DNA of 13,641 nt from Candidatus Bathyarchaeia archaeon (lineage in GTDB: Archaea; Thermoproteota; Bathyarchaeia; Bathyarchaeales; Bathycorpusculaceae). Position 1 is the stretch's first letter. Every line of letters begins with the position of its first letter. The notes below the pieces were generated by a model. The model ran no database searches and was not told the DNA's origin. It saw nothing but the letters and a program-made list of their open reading frames with translations. Below, piece after piece: positions 1-7,900 of this stretch. The DNA is taken from positions 1-13,641 of the forward strand of contig JBEKTQ010000037.1 in the NCBI GenBank assembly GCA_049515895.1, in the 5' to 3' direction. A program made the translations under genes and the position numbers.

Positions 1-1
1 G

Positions 2-1117
2 AACCAAACCGAAACCCCATATTCAACAGTAATGGCCATACCAGGAGCTAACGATGGAGTCTACGTTGAGTATACCAAAGAAACGACAACATTTTCTGGT
101 TACAGCACTACCACAGGACAGCAAGTGTGGGGTCCAACAACTCCCTTCCAGAATCCTTTAGGCTACTACGACCAAACAAGTGGAGTATGTGCAGGCGGAG
201 CTTTATACACATGGACATTCGGTGGTTGGATCTACAAATATAACATTACCAACGGCAACCTTATTTGGAGCTTTACTGATGGAACCGCTGGAGAAAACAC
301 ACCCTACGGTGTCAATCCCTTCTGGATCATCGGCGACTACGAAGCCACACTTGCAGGCGGCATGCTCTTTGCCGAATCTGGACACTGCTACGGTCCGCCG
401 CTATTCAGCGGAGCACGGCTTTACGCAATCAACGCAACGACAGGAAAACTTGGTTGGAGCATAATCAACTTTGATACAGGTTCATGCCCAGCAGTAGTCG
501 ACGGGCAACTCTTGGCTTTCAACGCGTACGACAACCAGATATACTCATACGGCGTAGGTCCCACCAAAACAACAATTAACGCACCTTCCGTCGGCGTAAC
601 AACATCCACTCCAATAACCATCACTGGAAGAGTCACCGACATCTCTTCCGGCTCACAGCAGACAGCAGTCGCAGCAAACTTCCCCAATGGCTTACCATGT
701 GTCTCTGACGCCAGCGTGGAACAGTTCATGGAATCCGTTTACATGCAGGAGCCAATGCCGCACAACATAACTGGTGTTCCAGTGACGTTCTCGGTTATAG
801 ATTCTAACGGCAACTACCGAACGATTGGCTCGACGACCTCGAACGGTTTAGGCGACTACTCATTTACGTGGAAACCTGACATACCAGGTAACTATACGGT
901 CTATGCTACCTTCGCGAGCACGCAATCATACTACGGGTCTACCGCTTCCACAGGATTTTACGCCAGCTCACCAGCAGCAACAGTAGCACCAACAGCAACG
1001 CCACTAACCGGTGTAGCCACTCAAAACGCCGTCATGTACATAGGAATCGCAATAATTCTGGTAGTAATCGTGGGAATCGCCGCACTCGCAATAATAGTGC
1101 TCAGAAAAAAGCCATAA
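2..1117 (+). CDS. PQQ-binding-like beta-propeller repeat surface protein with C-terminal Ig-like domain, Thr/Ala/Pro stalk and TM anchor (5'-partial)
   Basis: The frame is open from base 2 (NQTETPYSTV-M...), so the gene starts upstream of the window. It has propeller-blade motifs (YKYNITNGNLIWS, LYAINATTGKLGWS, STTTGQQVWG) and a C-terminal hydrophobic helix followed by RKKP. It is a clear paralog of 4932-7943 (GLPCVSDAS vs GVPCASDAS; APTATPLTG in both). Confidence 0.85.
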   Translation, partial: NQTETPYSTVMAIPGANDGVYVEYTKETTTFSGYSTTTGQQVWGPTTPFQNPLGYYDQTSGVCAGGALYTWTFGGWIYKYNITNGNLIWSFTDGTAGENTPYGVNPFWIIGDYEATLAGGMLFAESGHCYGPPLFSGARLYAINATTGKLGWSIINFDTGSCPAVVDGQLLAFNAYDNQIYSYGVGPTKTTINAPSVGVTTSTPITITGRVTDISSGSQQTAVAANFPNGLPCVSDASVEQFMESVYMQEPMPHNITGVPVTFSVIDSNGNYRTIGSTTSNGLGDYSFTWKPDIPGNYTVYATFASTQSYYGSTASTGFYASSPAATVAPTATPLTGVATQNAVMYIGIAIILVVIVGIAALAIIVLRKKP

Positions 1118-1135
1118 ACTAAAGTCGCACAAAAA

Positions 1136-1159
1136 AAACCTTCCTCCCCTTTTTTTAGT
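1136..1159 (+). terminator. Oligo-C/oligo-T archaeal-type terminator of beta-propeller paralog 1
   Basis: AAACCTTCCTCCCCTTTTTTTAGT lies about 20 nt after the stop. Nearly the same motif follows paralog 2 (7963-7984). Confidence 0.6.
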
Positions 1160-1314
1160 TTTAGAGTTTTTCTAATAGAACGGGAATTTGAACCGAAATG
1201 GGTTCAGGCCAACCTTGTCCGCCATAGACAATCCTCTGAAAGCTCAGTAACAAATGATCGAGATTTGCGGATATTTTGATCTCTAAGACGTATTTTTCTC
1301 CTTAAACACTCATA

Positions 1315-2133
1315 TCATTTTTGAACTGATTTGTTTTCACCAGACAATTGATCCGACGTCTTCCATAATTCTTCAAAATAGGTCATTACAATCCTTGCCA
1401 ACACTGAATTATTTGACCAAAGGCAAGGTAGTACTCCTTCATCCATTGTTCTTGCCACACTCAAGTTCACTTTCTTTCTGTCATAGATTGCCAGCCTGGT
1501 TGTAATTGGGGAGGGAGCATATCGAACCTGAAATGATGAATCGTTTTCTAGAGGTGAAAATTTTCTATCAGGTTCGCCCTCCGGCTTGTCCATGATTATG
1601 CGAATCTTTACGCCTCTTCTTAGTGCTTTCTCATGTATTTTTCCCTGGTAAAATTCCTTAGCTATTAATCCTTTCGAGTCGCCTATAATATCTATGCTCG
1701 ATTTAGTTAGGTTATCCGCGAACTCCACTTTCTCATCGTGCAGCCTTCTTGAAGAGATAAGGACAAGCTCTTGCTCTTCTTCAGGCAAGGGCAACTTGCC
1801 ATTGCATTCCTCTATGCTTTTGATTAGGTCCTTTGCTTCTTCTTTTAATTCAACATATTCATGTACTTTGTTTTGAAACAACTGGCGGTAGCCCTCTCTT
1901 ATTGGAGTGGCTTTGTACATTGTAGGAACACCGATTATTCTCACTGCAAGACCAGTTTTTTCAAGTGTATTGATTATTCTGTAGACTTCTGAGCGAGCTA
2001 TATTTGATGCTTCGGAGATTCTTTTTACGCTTGATTCGCCTAGTTTTAGGAGAGTCAAATATACTGTTGCTTGCGAAAAAGTTAGTCCAAAATTGATTAA
2101 GTTTTGAATACGTTTGTCGTTAAATTCAAACAT
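1315..2133 (-). CDS. TrmB-family transcriptional regulator (N-terminal wHTH plus C-terminal PLD-like effector domain)
   Basis: FGLTFSQATVYLTLLKLGESSVKRISEASNIARSEVYRIINTLEKTGL is a typical TrmB HTH. The C-terminal motifs RRGVKIRII, LAIYDRKKV and WSNNSVLARIVMTYFEELW match the effector domain. It is probably leaderless, with a TTAAATT box about 25 nt upstream on the minus strand. Confidence 0.9.
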   Translation of the reverse strand: MFEFNDKRIQNLINFGLTFSQATVYLTLLKLGESSVKRISEASNIARSEVYRIINTLEKTGLAVRIIGVPTMYKATPIREGYRQLFQNKVHEYVELKEEAKDLIKSIEECNGKLPLPEEEQELVLISSRRLHDEKVEFADNLTKSSIDIIGDSKGLIAKEFYQGKIHEKALRRGVKIRIIMDKPEGEPDRKFSPLENDSSFQVRYAPSPITTRLAIYDRKKVNLSVARTMDEGVLPCLWSNNSVLARIVMTYFEELWKTSDQLSGENKSVQK

Positions 2134-2139
2134 AGTTAT

Positions 2140-2258
2140 TCATGACGTCTCTGTTAATTTAAGATTTTATCTAAGCTGTTAGGTTAAGCAATCCTAACAA
2201 ATGCTTATGTTCTTTTTTTAGACAAATGAGGGGTCACAGAATGAAGGAGTAGAAAATG
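2140..2258 (+). repeat. Repeat A copy 1: paralog of the promoter/5'UTR/RBS/ATG block of the 1003-aa beta-propeller gene
   Basis: Aligns to 4814-4934. The first 68 nt are ungapped with 50/68 identical by hand count, followed by shared TTCTTTTTT..AGACAAA..GTCACAGAAT.AAGGAG..AAATG. Confidence 0.9.
2177..2199. promoter_or_regulatory. 23-bp palindromic operator TGTTAGG-N9-CCTAACA, candidate TrmB-family binding site
   Basis: Perfect 7-bp inverted repeat located between the trmB start and a plus-strand BRE/TATA-like box. It is conserved at 4851-4873. Confidence 0.65.
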
Positions 2259-2382
2259 GGGGCTGAGTAGGCTCTGGCTAAATGCACGATACGCGACATA
2301 GTATCGTGATGAGAATTTAATTTTTCTTTTTTCTCCTAAAAAGAAATTTTCTTCCTTAGTTTCCAGAGTCTCAGCAAACCCT
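2251..2382. repeat. Repeat B copy 1: paralog of the region downstream of the 1003-aa beta-propeller gene
   Basis: Aligns to 8014-8135. GGCTGAG..GCTCT..TAA..CACG matches 21/28. TTTTTCTTTTTTCTCC is exact (2321-2336 vs 8075-8090), as is CTCAGCAAACCCT (2370-2382 vs 8123-8135). Confidence 0.85.
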
Positions 2383-2527
2383 GCAACTCTCTAAGCAGCT
2401 GATTGTCAACATATCAAGATTATGACGGCTCTTTTATAATGATAGCTCTGGTGTCACATATTCAGAGAGTCAAGGGGGTCGCATAATAAACTTTTTATAT
2501 TTAGTCAATTTCCGTCCGCTCGTGTCA

Positions 2528-3187
2528 TCAGTTCTCCTTCAGCAATTTCTTTGAGTATTCTGTTTTAACTAAAACTACACCTTGCTTGGAGAAGCGAACT
2601 TTGATCTGCGCTTTCATACTGTCTCTTGCTTTAATGAATGCCAATACAGCAGATCTTTTGCTGTCTTCGCTAAAACGTAACTGTATGGTCTGTACGGTGC
2701 ACTTGTTGTTGGTTTGCGTCTGAGTGTTTGCGTTTGCAATTGATGTTCCTGCGGCAGCAAATTGCTGGATCATTGCTGCTCGTGTTTCTGTGGTTTTTGT
2801 TGCTAAGAATTTAGTTATGATTTCTTCGCATTTGCTTTGTGATGGTGCTTCTGAGAGTTGAATTATATTTTGTTTTTTGCTTCTTTCTTTAGTTGCTTTG
2901 GGTTTAGCAGCTATTTTCTTTTCTCTTGTGGGTGCTTTCGTGTTTTGTGTGCGGACGTTTTTTCTGCTTTGAATTGTTGTTTGTGCGTTATCTTTTGCTA
3001 ATAGTATGCTTTGTTCTTTTACAAAGATTGTTATGTGCGCATTTAAACTGTCTCGAGCTTTAGCAAATTCTGCTGCCGCAATTGTTAGCTGCTCTTTTTG
3101 CACAGGCACTTCTAAAGTTGATGCACTCATCGCTAAGAAGTTGGATATTACGAGCTCTGAAACTCTATGGTGTCCGTTTGCTGTCAA
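2528..3187 (-). CDS. Hypothetical basic protein with an internal duplication (two FxKARDS units)
   Basis: 219-codon ORF with a TTG start preceded by AGGAG at 6-nt spacing and a TTTTATAA box at about 3247-3254 on the minus strand. The internal amino-acid repeat supports coding status. Confidence 0.75.
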   Translation of the reverse strand: MTANGHHRVSELVISNFLAMSASTLEVPVQKEQLTIAAAEFAKARDSLNAHITIFVKEQSILLAKDNAQTTIQSRKNVRTQNTKAPTREKKIAAKPKATKERSKKQNIIQLSEAPSQSKCEEIITKFLATKTTETRAAMIQQFAAAGTSIANANTQTQTNNKCTVQTIQLRFSEDSKRSAVLAFIKARDSMKAQIKVRFSKQGVVLVKTEYSKKLLKEN

Positions 3188-3283
3188 ATTATTCTCCTGA
3201 ATCTGGCCTTTTGCCCGTACAGATAACTAGAAATTGTAATCTTGAGTTTATAAAACAATATGTGCGGGAGGCGCGTACGTACT

Positions 3284-3436
3284 ATTGACGATCGTGTCTT
3301 CCCCACTCCAGCTTCTGCCGAAATAAAGACAGTTTTTCCTTTTCTTCAAACAGCTAAATCTAAGAAGTGATGTAGCTTTTTGAGTTCTACTCCTCTGCCA
3401 ACTTATAAGTGGCTCGGCTAACAATGTTGAGCCCAA
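3284..3436 (-). pseudogene. Decayed N-terminal fragment of an AAA_16/STAND-like P-loop ATPase gene
   Basis: Stitching frames gives MGSTLLAEPLI/VGRGVELKKLHHFLDLAV*RKGKTVFISAEAGVGKTR/(x)VN. This needs an extra base near 3403, contains an in-frame TGA at 3348-3346, has a Walker A at 3318-3295, and is truncated right after it. Confidence 0.8.
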
Positions 3437-3607
3437 CTATACCCCATACTTGCCAGTTAAGAACCCAAACACGATTGCTAAGTGCGATTTTCTTATTTTT
3501 TAGCATAATGAAACCAGCCAAAATCCAAAGATTTTTTTTCAATTCGTTTCACATGCGCTTTCTTCGATCTCAAATGCTATATATTGCATTGTTTGTATAT
3601 TGCAAAT

Positions 3608-4819
3608 ATGAAAGGATACACGCAGTCCAGTGGATCCTTATCGATACCTTTGCTTCTTTTGACATTGCTTCTGAGCATTTTTCTTGTAACAACAAGTTTT
3701 GTTTTCTTTGGCACTCTGCTTGTTGACATAGCTAAAACATTTAATGTTTCAATTGGAACCGCAAGCCAGATTGGCATCTTGATCAATTTGGTCAGTCTTG
3801 TATTGGGTTTCGCAGTGGGGGCTTTAACGCTCAAATTCAAAATCAAATCATTGTATCTCTCTGGATTAGTATTCTACGGCTTTGGGGCATTGGGCTTCTA
3901 CTTCGCCCCCAACTTCGCAACCACTCTGCTCGTTAATGTTTTCATCGGAATAGGGACAGGTATGACTCAAATCATGGTCTTCTCATTAGTCGGAGGTCTC
4001 TTTCCTCTGGAAAAAAGAGGATCGACAATTGGCTTTATTTTTTCTATTTCATTTCTGGCCTCTGTAATTGGAGCCCCATTGTTCGGAAGGATCCAGGAGC
4101 TGGCAGGATGGCGGCCCGTCTTGCTTTGGTTTAGTTTTCCCCTTTCAATAATCTGCCTGATACTTGGCCTGCTTACTATTCCAGCAACATCTCTAGAGCC
4201 TCAAGCCAAATCTCTTTACAAGCAAGTTTTCACGAGTATTTTGCATAACAAATCCGCTGTCGCCTGCCTGACAGGTACAACGCTTATCTGGATCTTCACC
4301 TCTATACCATTCTACGCAGTATCCTTCTACAGAATTCATTTTTCTGTATCTCCCTCTGCTGGCGGCGTATTCTCAGCGATTGCGGCTGTAGGAGGCATTT
4401 TCGGCGCTGCAATTGGCGGAAAGCTTGTTAATAAGTGTGGCAGAAAAGTGCTTACTGTTGTTGGAGCTTTCATTTCAGGTTTATTCGGTGTTTCGTTTAC
4501 TTTTACGCCTTACATGTGGGTTTCTGTCGCTTTTTGGGCTGTGTCAGCATCTTTTGCTGCTTTGACGATGGGTGCTCTTACGAGTTTGATTCTGGAGCAG
4601 ATGCCAAAGTTTAGGGCTTTCATGATGTCAATTAATGGGACATTCCAAGCTCTTGGCTCCATGATGGGATTGATTATTGGCGGGTTGGTTCTAAACCTCT
4701 ATCTTAACAACTTCCATTTGCTAATGACTATATTTGGCGCTTCAAACATCGCCTTAGCAATTATTATTTTTCTATTAGCGAACGACCCATGCAAAACAAA
4801 GCTAATGCGCGCCTCATGA
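3608..4819 (+). CDS. MFS transporter (about 12 TM; DHA1/arabinose-efflux-like)
   Basis: About 12 hydrophobic segments. Motif-A-like GGKLVNKCGRKVL, plus FPLEKRGSTIG and LAGWRPVL. ATG 3608 is preferred over TTG 3584 because TATATA at 3578-3583 lies about 25 nt upstream (leaderless). Confidence 0.9.
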   Translation: MKGYTQSSGSLSIPLLLLTLLLSIFLVTTSFVFFGTLLVDIAKTFNVSIGTASQIGILINLVSLVLGFAVGALTLKFKIKSLYLSGLVFYGFGALGFYFAPNFATTLLVNVFIGIGTGMTQIMVFSLVGGLFPLEKRGSTIGFIFSISFLASVIGAPLFGRIQELAGWRPVLLWFSFPLSIICLILGLLTIPATSLEPQAKSLYKQVFTSILHNKSAVACLTGTTLIWIFTSIPFYAVSFYRIHFSVSPSAGGVFSAIAAVGGIFGAAIGGKLVNKCGRKVLTVVGAFISGLFGVSFTFTPYMWVSVAFWAVSASFAALTMGALTSLILEQMPKFRAFMMSINGTFQALGSMMGLIIGGLVLNLYLNNFHLLMTIFGASNIALAIIIFLLANDPCKTKLMRAS

Positions 4820-4934
4820 CATCTTTGTTATGTTAGAATCTTGTCTAAAGTGTTAGTGCAAGCACCACTAACAAACGTTTAATTCTTTTTTGAGACAAAG
4901 GGGAGTCACAGAATAAAGGAGAAAAACAGAAATG
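4814..4934 (+). repeat. Repeat A copy 2: promoter, 5'UTR, RBS (AAGGAG) and start of the 1003-aa gene
   Basis: See copy 1. The left boundary TCATGAC contains the MFS stop codon (TGA 4817-4819). Confidence 0.9.
4851..4873. promoter_or_regulatory. 23-bp palindromic operator TGTTAGTG-N7-CACTAACA directly upstream of a BRE/TATA-like box (AACGTTTAATT)
   Basis: Perfect 8-bp inverted repeat with the same length and TGTTAG-N11-CTAACA core as 2177-2199. Confidence 0.7.
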
Positions 4935-7900
4935 AAAAGCAAAATTATGGCTATTTTGATTGCAGCAATTTTAACTTTTGCAATGACAGCTTCTATGGTA
5001 CTAATACCAAGCGTTAACGCACATACGCCGTCATGGAACATTCCAACGCAGGCCTACATTGTTGCGGAGCCTAACCCTATAGGTGTGGGTCAAACAATAC
5101 AAGTTTACATGTGGCTTACTGAGGTTTACGGAGCGCCTGGGGGAACATCTGCCGCTGTCGGAACGAACGGTTACACTGCGAGTTCAGCATTACTGGCTAA
5201 CAACTATAGATTCCTAAACTACAAGCTTACCATTACTGCACCAAGCGGTATACAAACAACAACGACTTTTCCAATAGTTGTAGATACAACATCAAATCAG
5301 GAATCATCCTTCACTCCTACCGCTGTTGGCACCTACAATTTCACCTTTACTTATCCAGGACAAGTGTATGGCGCGAATGGCAATGGCTACTCCCAATCAC
5401 CGGTGGTGGGCGATACGTATCTGCCAAGCAGTGCATCTACAACGCTTACTGTGCAGTCGGCGCCAATACCTGCCGCTATAGGTAGCGAACCGTTGCCGAC
5501 AAGCTACTGGCAAGAACCAATATACGGTGAGAACTCTAACTGGTGGTCGATTACTTCAAACTGGCTAGGCTCAGGTTCAGGGCCTCCGCAAGGATATGGT
5601 GGCAGCGCAAACGCAGCGTTGTACCATTCGGACGCTGTTGGACCTTTGACTTCTCACCTTATGTGGACAATGCCATTTGAATTTGGAGGAGTTGTTGGAG
5701 GAAACATGTTTTCAGCTGGCGGCTCAAATCCAAGCGGTGCTGTTCAGGGAGCATCTTATTTCGAGGGATCTGCATATCAGCCAAGATTCAGCAATCCAAT
5801 AATAATGGATGGAGTGCTTTTCTACACTCAACCAGCCTCATTTACGGGTCCCAGCAGTGGGCCTACCGTCGCAGTTAACCTTCGCACAGGACAGCAACTC
5901 TGGAGTAAGTCTAACATACCTCCGCTTTCATTCGGCTACATATACAGCGTTTGGGACCCCGACCAGCACGGCGTTTATCCACCAATCTTAGTCGCTATCA
6001 ATGCATTCGCAGGCACCTGGCAGCTTTATGATGCATACACTGGAGTTTCGCTATTCAACGTAACTGGCGTTCCGGCAAGCACTTCATTCGCTGTACCCAT
6101 AGCTACATCGCCACCAAGCGTTGTAGCCTTCCCGAATACGGTTGTGAGTACGAACATTTTGGGTCCCAGCGGTGAAGAGCTAAAGTATGTAATTTCAAAC
6201 GTTGGCACGGCGGCGAATCCTAATTGGTACTTGTCAGAGTGGAACATGTCTAAACTGTGGCAGTACGACATCAATCCCTACACTGGCGGTGGAAGTACAT
6301 CACCAGACCCAGTAAATGCAAGCAACGGAGTCCTGCTTCCAACGATCCCCATTCCAGCTATAGGCGAGAGCGGTTATCTTCCAACAGGCCTCACAACTTA
6401 CGTTCCACCGGGTTCTTCAATTACAGTGAATGCAAACATCCCCCTTAACTCCAACGCCTTTGCGCCCGGAACCACTATTCCTATAAAAAACATCAATTAC
6501 GGCTCATTAACAACTTATGACTGGAACATTTCGATACCATGGCTAAACACCATGCCACCACCACCCGCAAGTGTTAGCGCCGTCACAGGGCAAATAGTGC
6601 AACCGCCAGCTGGATCAAATCCCGTATCGATACTCGCTGTAAAGTTTGGCGATGTAATGCTTTGCAGAAATGGCTCTCTACCTGTTGGTTTCGGAGCAAC
6701 TAAAGCAGGCTACCCGCAGCTTCCCTACACATACTTCGCCGTCAACCTTAATGCCTCTGTGGGTTCAATCGGTTCGGTACTATGGATGAAGACGTATGGC
6801 TCGACAGCAGACAACACCACTCTCTTGCAGAGCGCAGTCGACTTCCAGACCCGCGAGTTCACTCTTTATGATTTGGAAACTATACAATTCCAAGGATACA
6901 GTCTTAATACGGGCCAGCTACTTTGGACAACTCCATCCGGAGCCGCTTTTAACTACTATTACGATCCAGGGCAGCCCCCTCCAGGCGTAATTGCTTACGG
7001 GAATCTCTATTCCGACGGATTCGGAGGAATACTCTACTGCTTTAACGACGTGACTGGAAAACTACTGTTTACTTACGGTAACGGTGGCTCAGGTAACAGC
7101 ACCTACGCTGGCTTAAATACTCCATACGGTGTTTACCCAACTCAGATACAATCCATTGCTAACGGAGTAGTGTACTTAGCCACTGACGAGCACACCATCA
7201 CCGACCCGCTATACAAAGGCGCTGTAGCAACCGCCATTAACGCCACCACGGGACAAGAAATATGGCAGCTTTCAGAATACCCAAGCGAGTGGACTTCCAG
7301 TGCTGCTCCTCAATGGGCTACTGCAGATGGATTCATAACATGCATGAACGGCTACATCGACCAAATCTATAGTATTGGCAGAGGACCAAGCGCTACCACT
7401 GTTACGGCACCTGACGTTGGCGTGACAACTTCTACACCAGTGACCATAACAGGTACAGTAATGGATATTTCCGCTGGCACGACGCAGAGTCAACAAGCAG
7501 CTGACTTTCCACATGGTGTTCCATGTGCATCGGACGCAAGCATGAAGGATTGGATGGGCTACGTTTACCAGCAGCAGGCAGAACCAACCAACTTCACAGG
7601 CGTTACAGTGCAACTAGCTGTCTTAGACTCTAATGGAAACCACTACCCCATAGGCACCGCAACAACTGACGCAAGCGGCACCTACAGCTTAACATGGGCT
7701 CCAAGCATCATAGGCAACTTCACAGTCTATGCTAACTTCCCAGGCACCAACGGTTACTGGCCATCATCCGCTGAAACACACCTCAACGCCGGGTCACCAA
7801 CAGCAACAGCAGCACCAACAGCAACACCGCTCACAGGCTTAGCCTCAAATAACACACTCATGTACGGAATCGTAGCGATAATCGTAGTGATAATCATCAT

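Noticed and set aside
1161-1313. Minus-strand frame starting right after the trmB stop (MSV*GEKYVLEIKISANLDHLLLSFQRIVYGGQGWPEPISVQIPVLLEKL), plus a 17-aa ORF MADKVGLNPFRFKFPFY
   Set aside because: The first has an early stop. Both are short with no recognisable homology and cannot be told from chance.
2256-2309. Amber (pyrrolysine) read-through of ATG-GGG-GCT-GAG-TAG followed by a hairpin
   Set aside because: Read-through would give only 17 residues before a TGA, and no pyl genes are in the window.
2484-2501. BRE/TATA-like words on both strands (orphan promoter possibly transcribing repeat B)
   Set aside because: The AT-rich stretch just downstream of a gene is equally explained as a terminator region or chance, and no downstream ORF follows (ATG-TGA).
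3411-3433. 23-nt imperfect palindrome GGCTCGGC-N7-GTTGAGCC
   Set aside because: It lies inside the pseudogene coding remnant, needs G-T pairs and does not match the TGTTAG operator.
3248-3436. 62-aa minus-strand ORF as an intact gene
   Set aside because: Only the first 11 or so codons are in the ancestral ATPase frame. The rest is out-of-frame read-through of a pseudogene.
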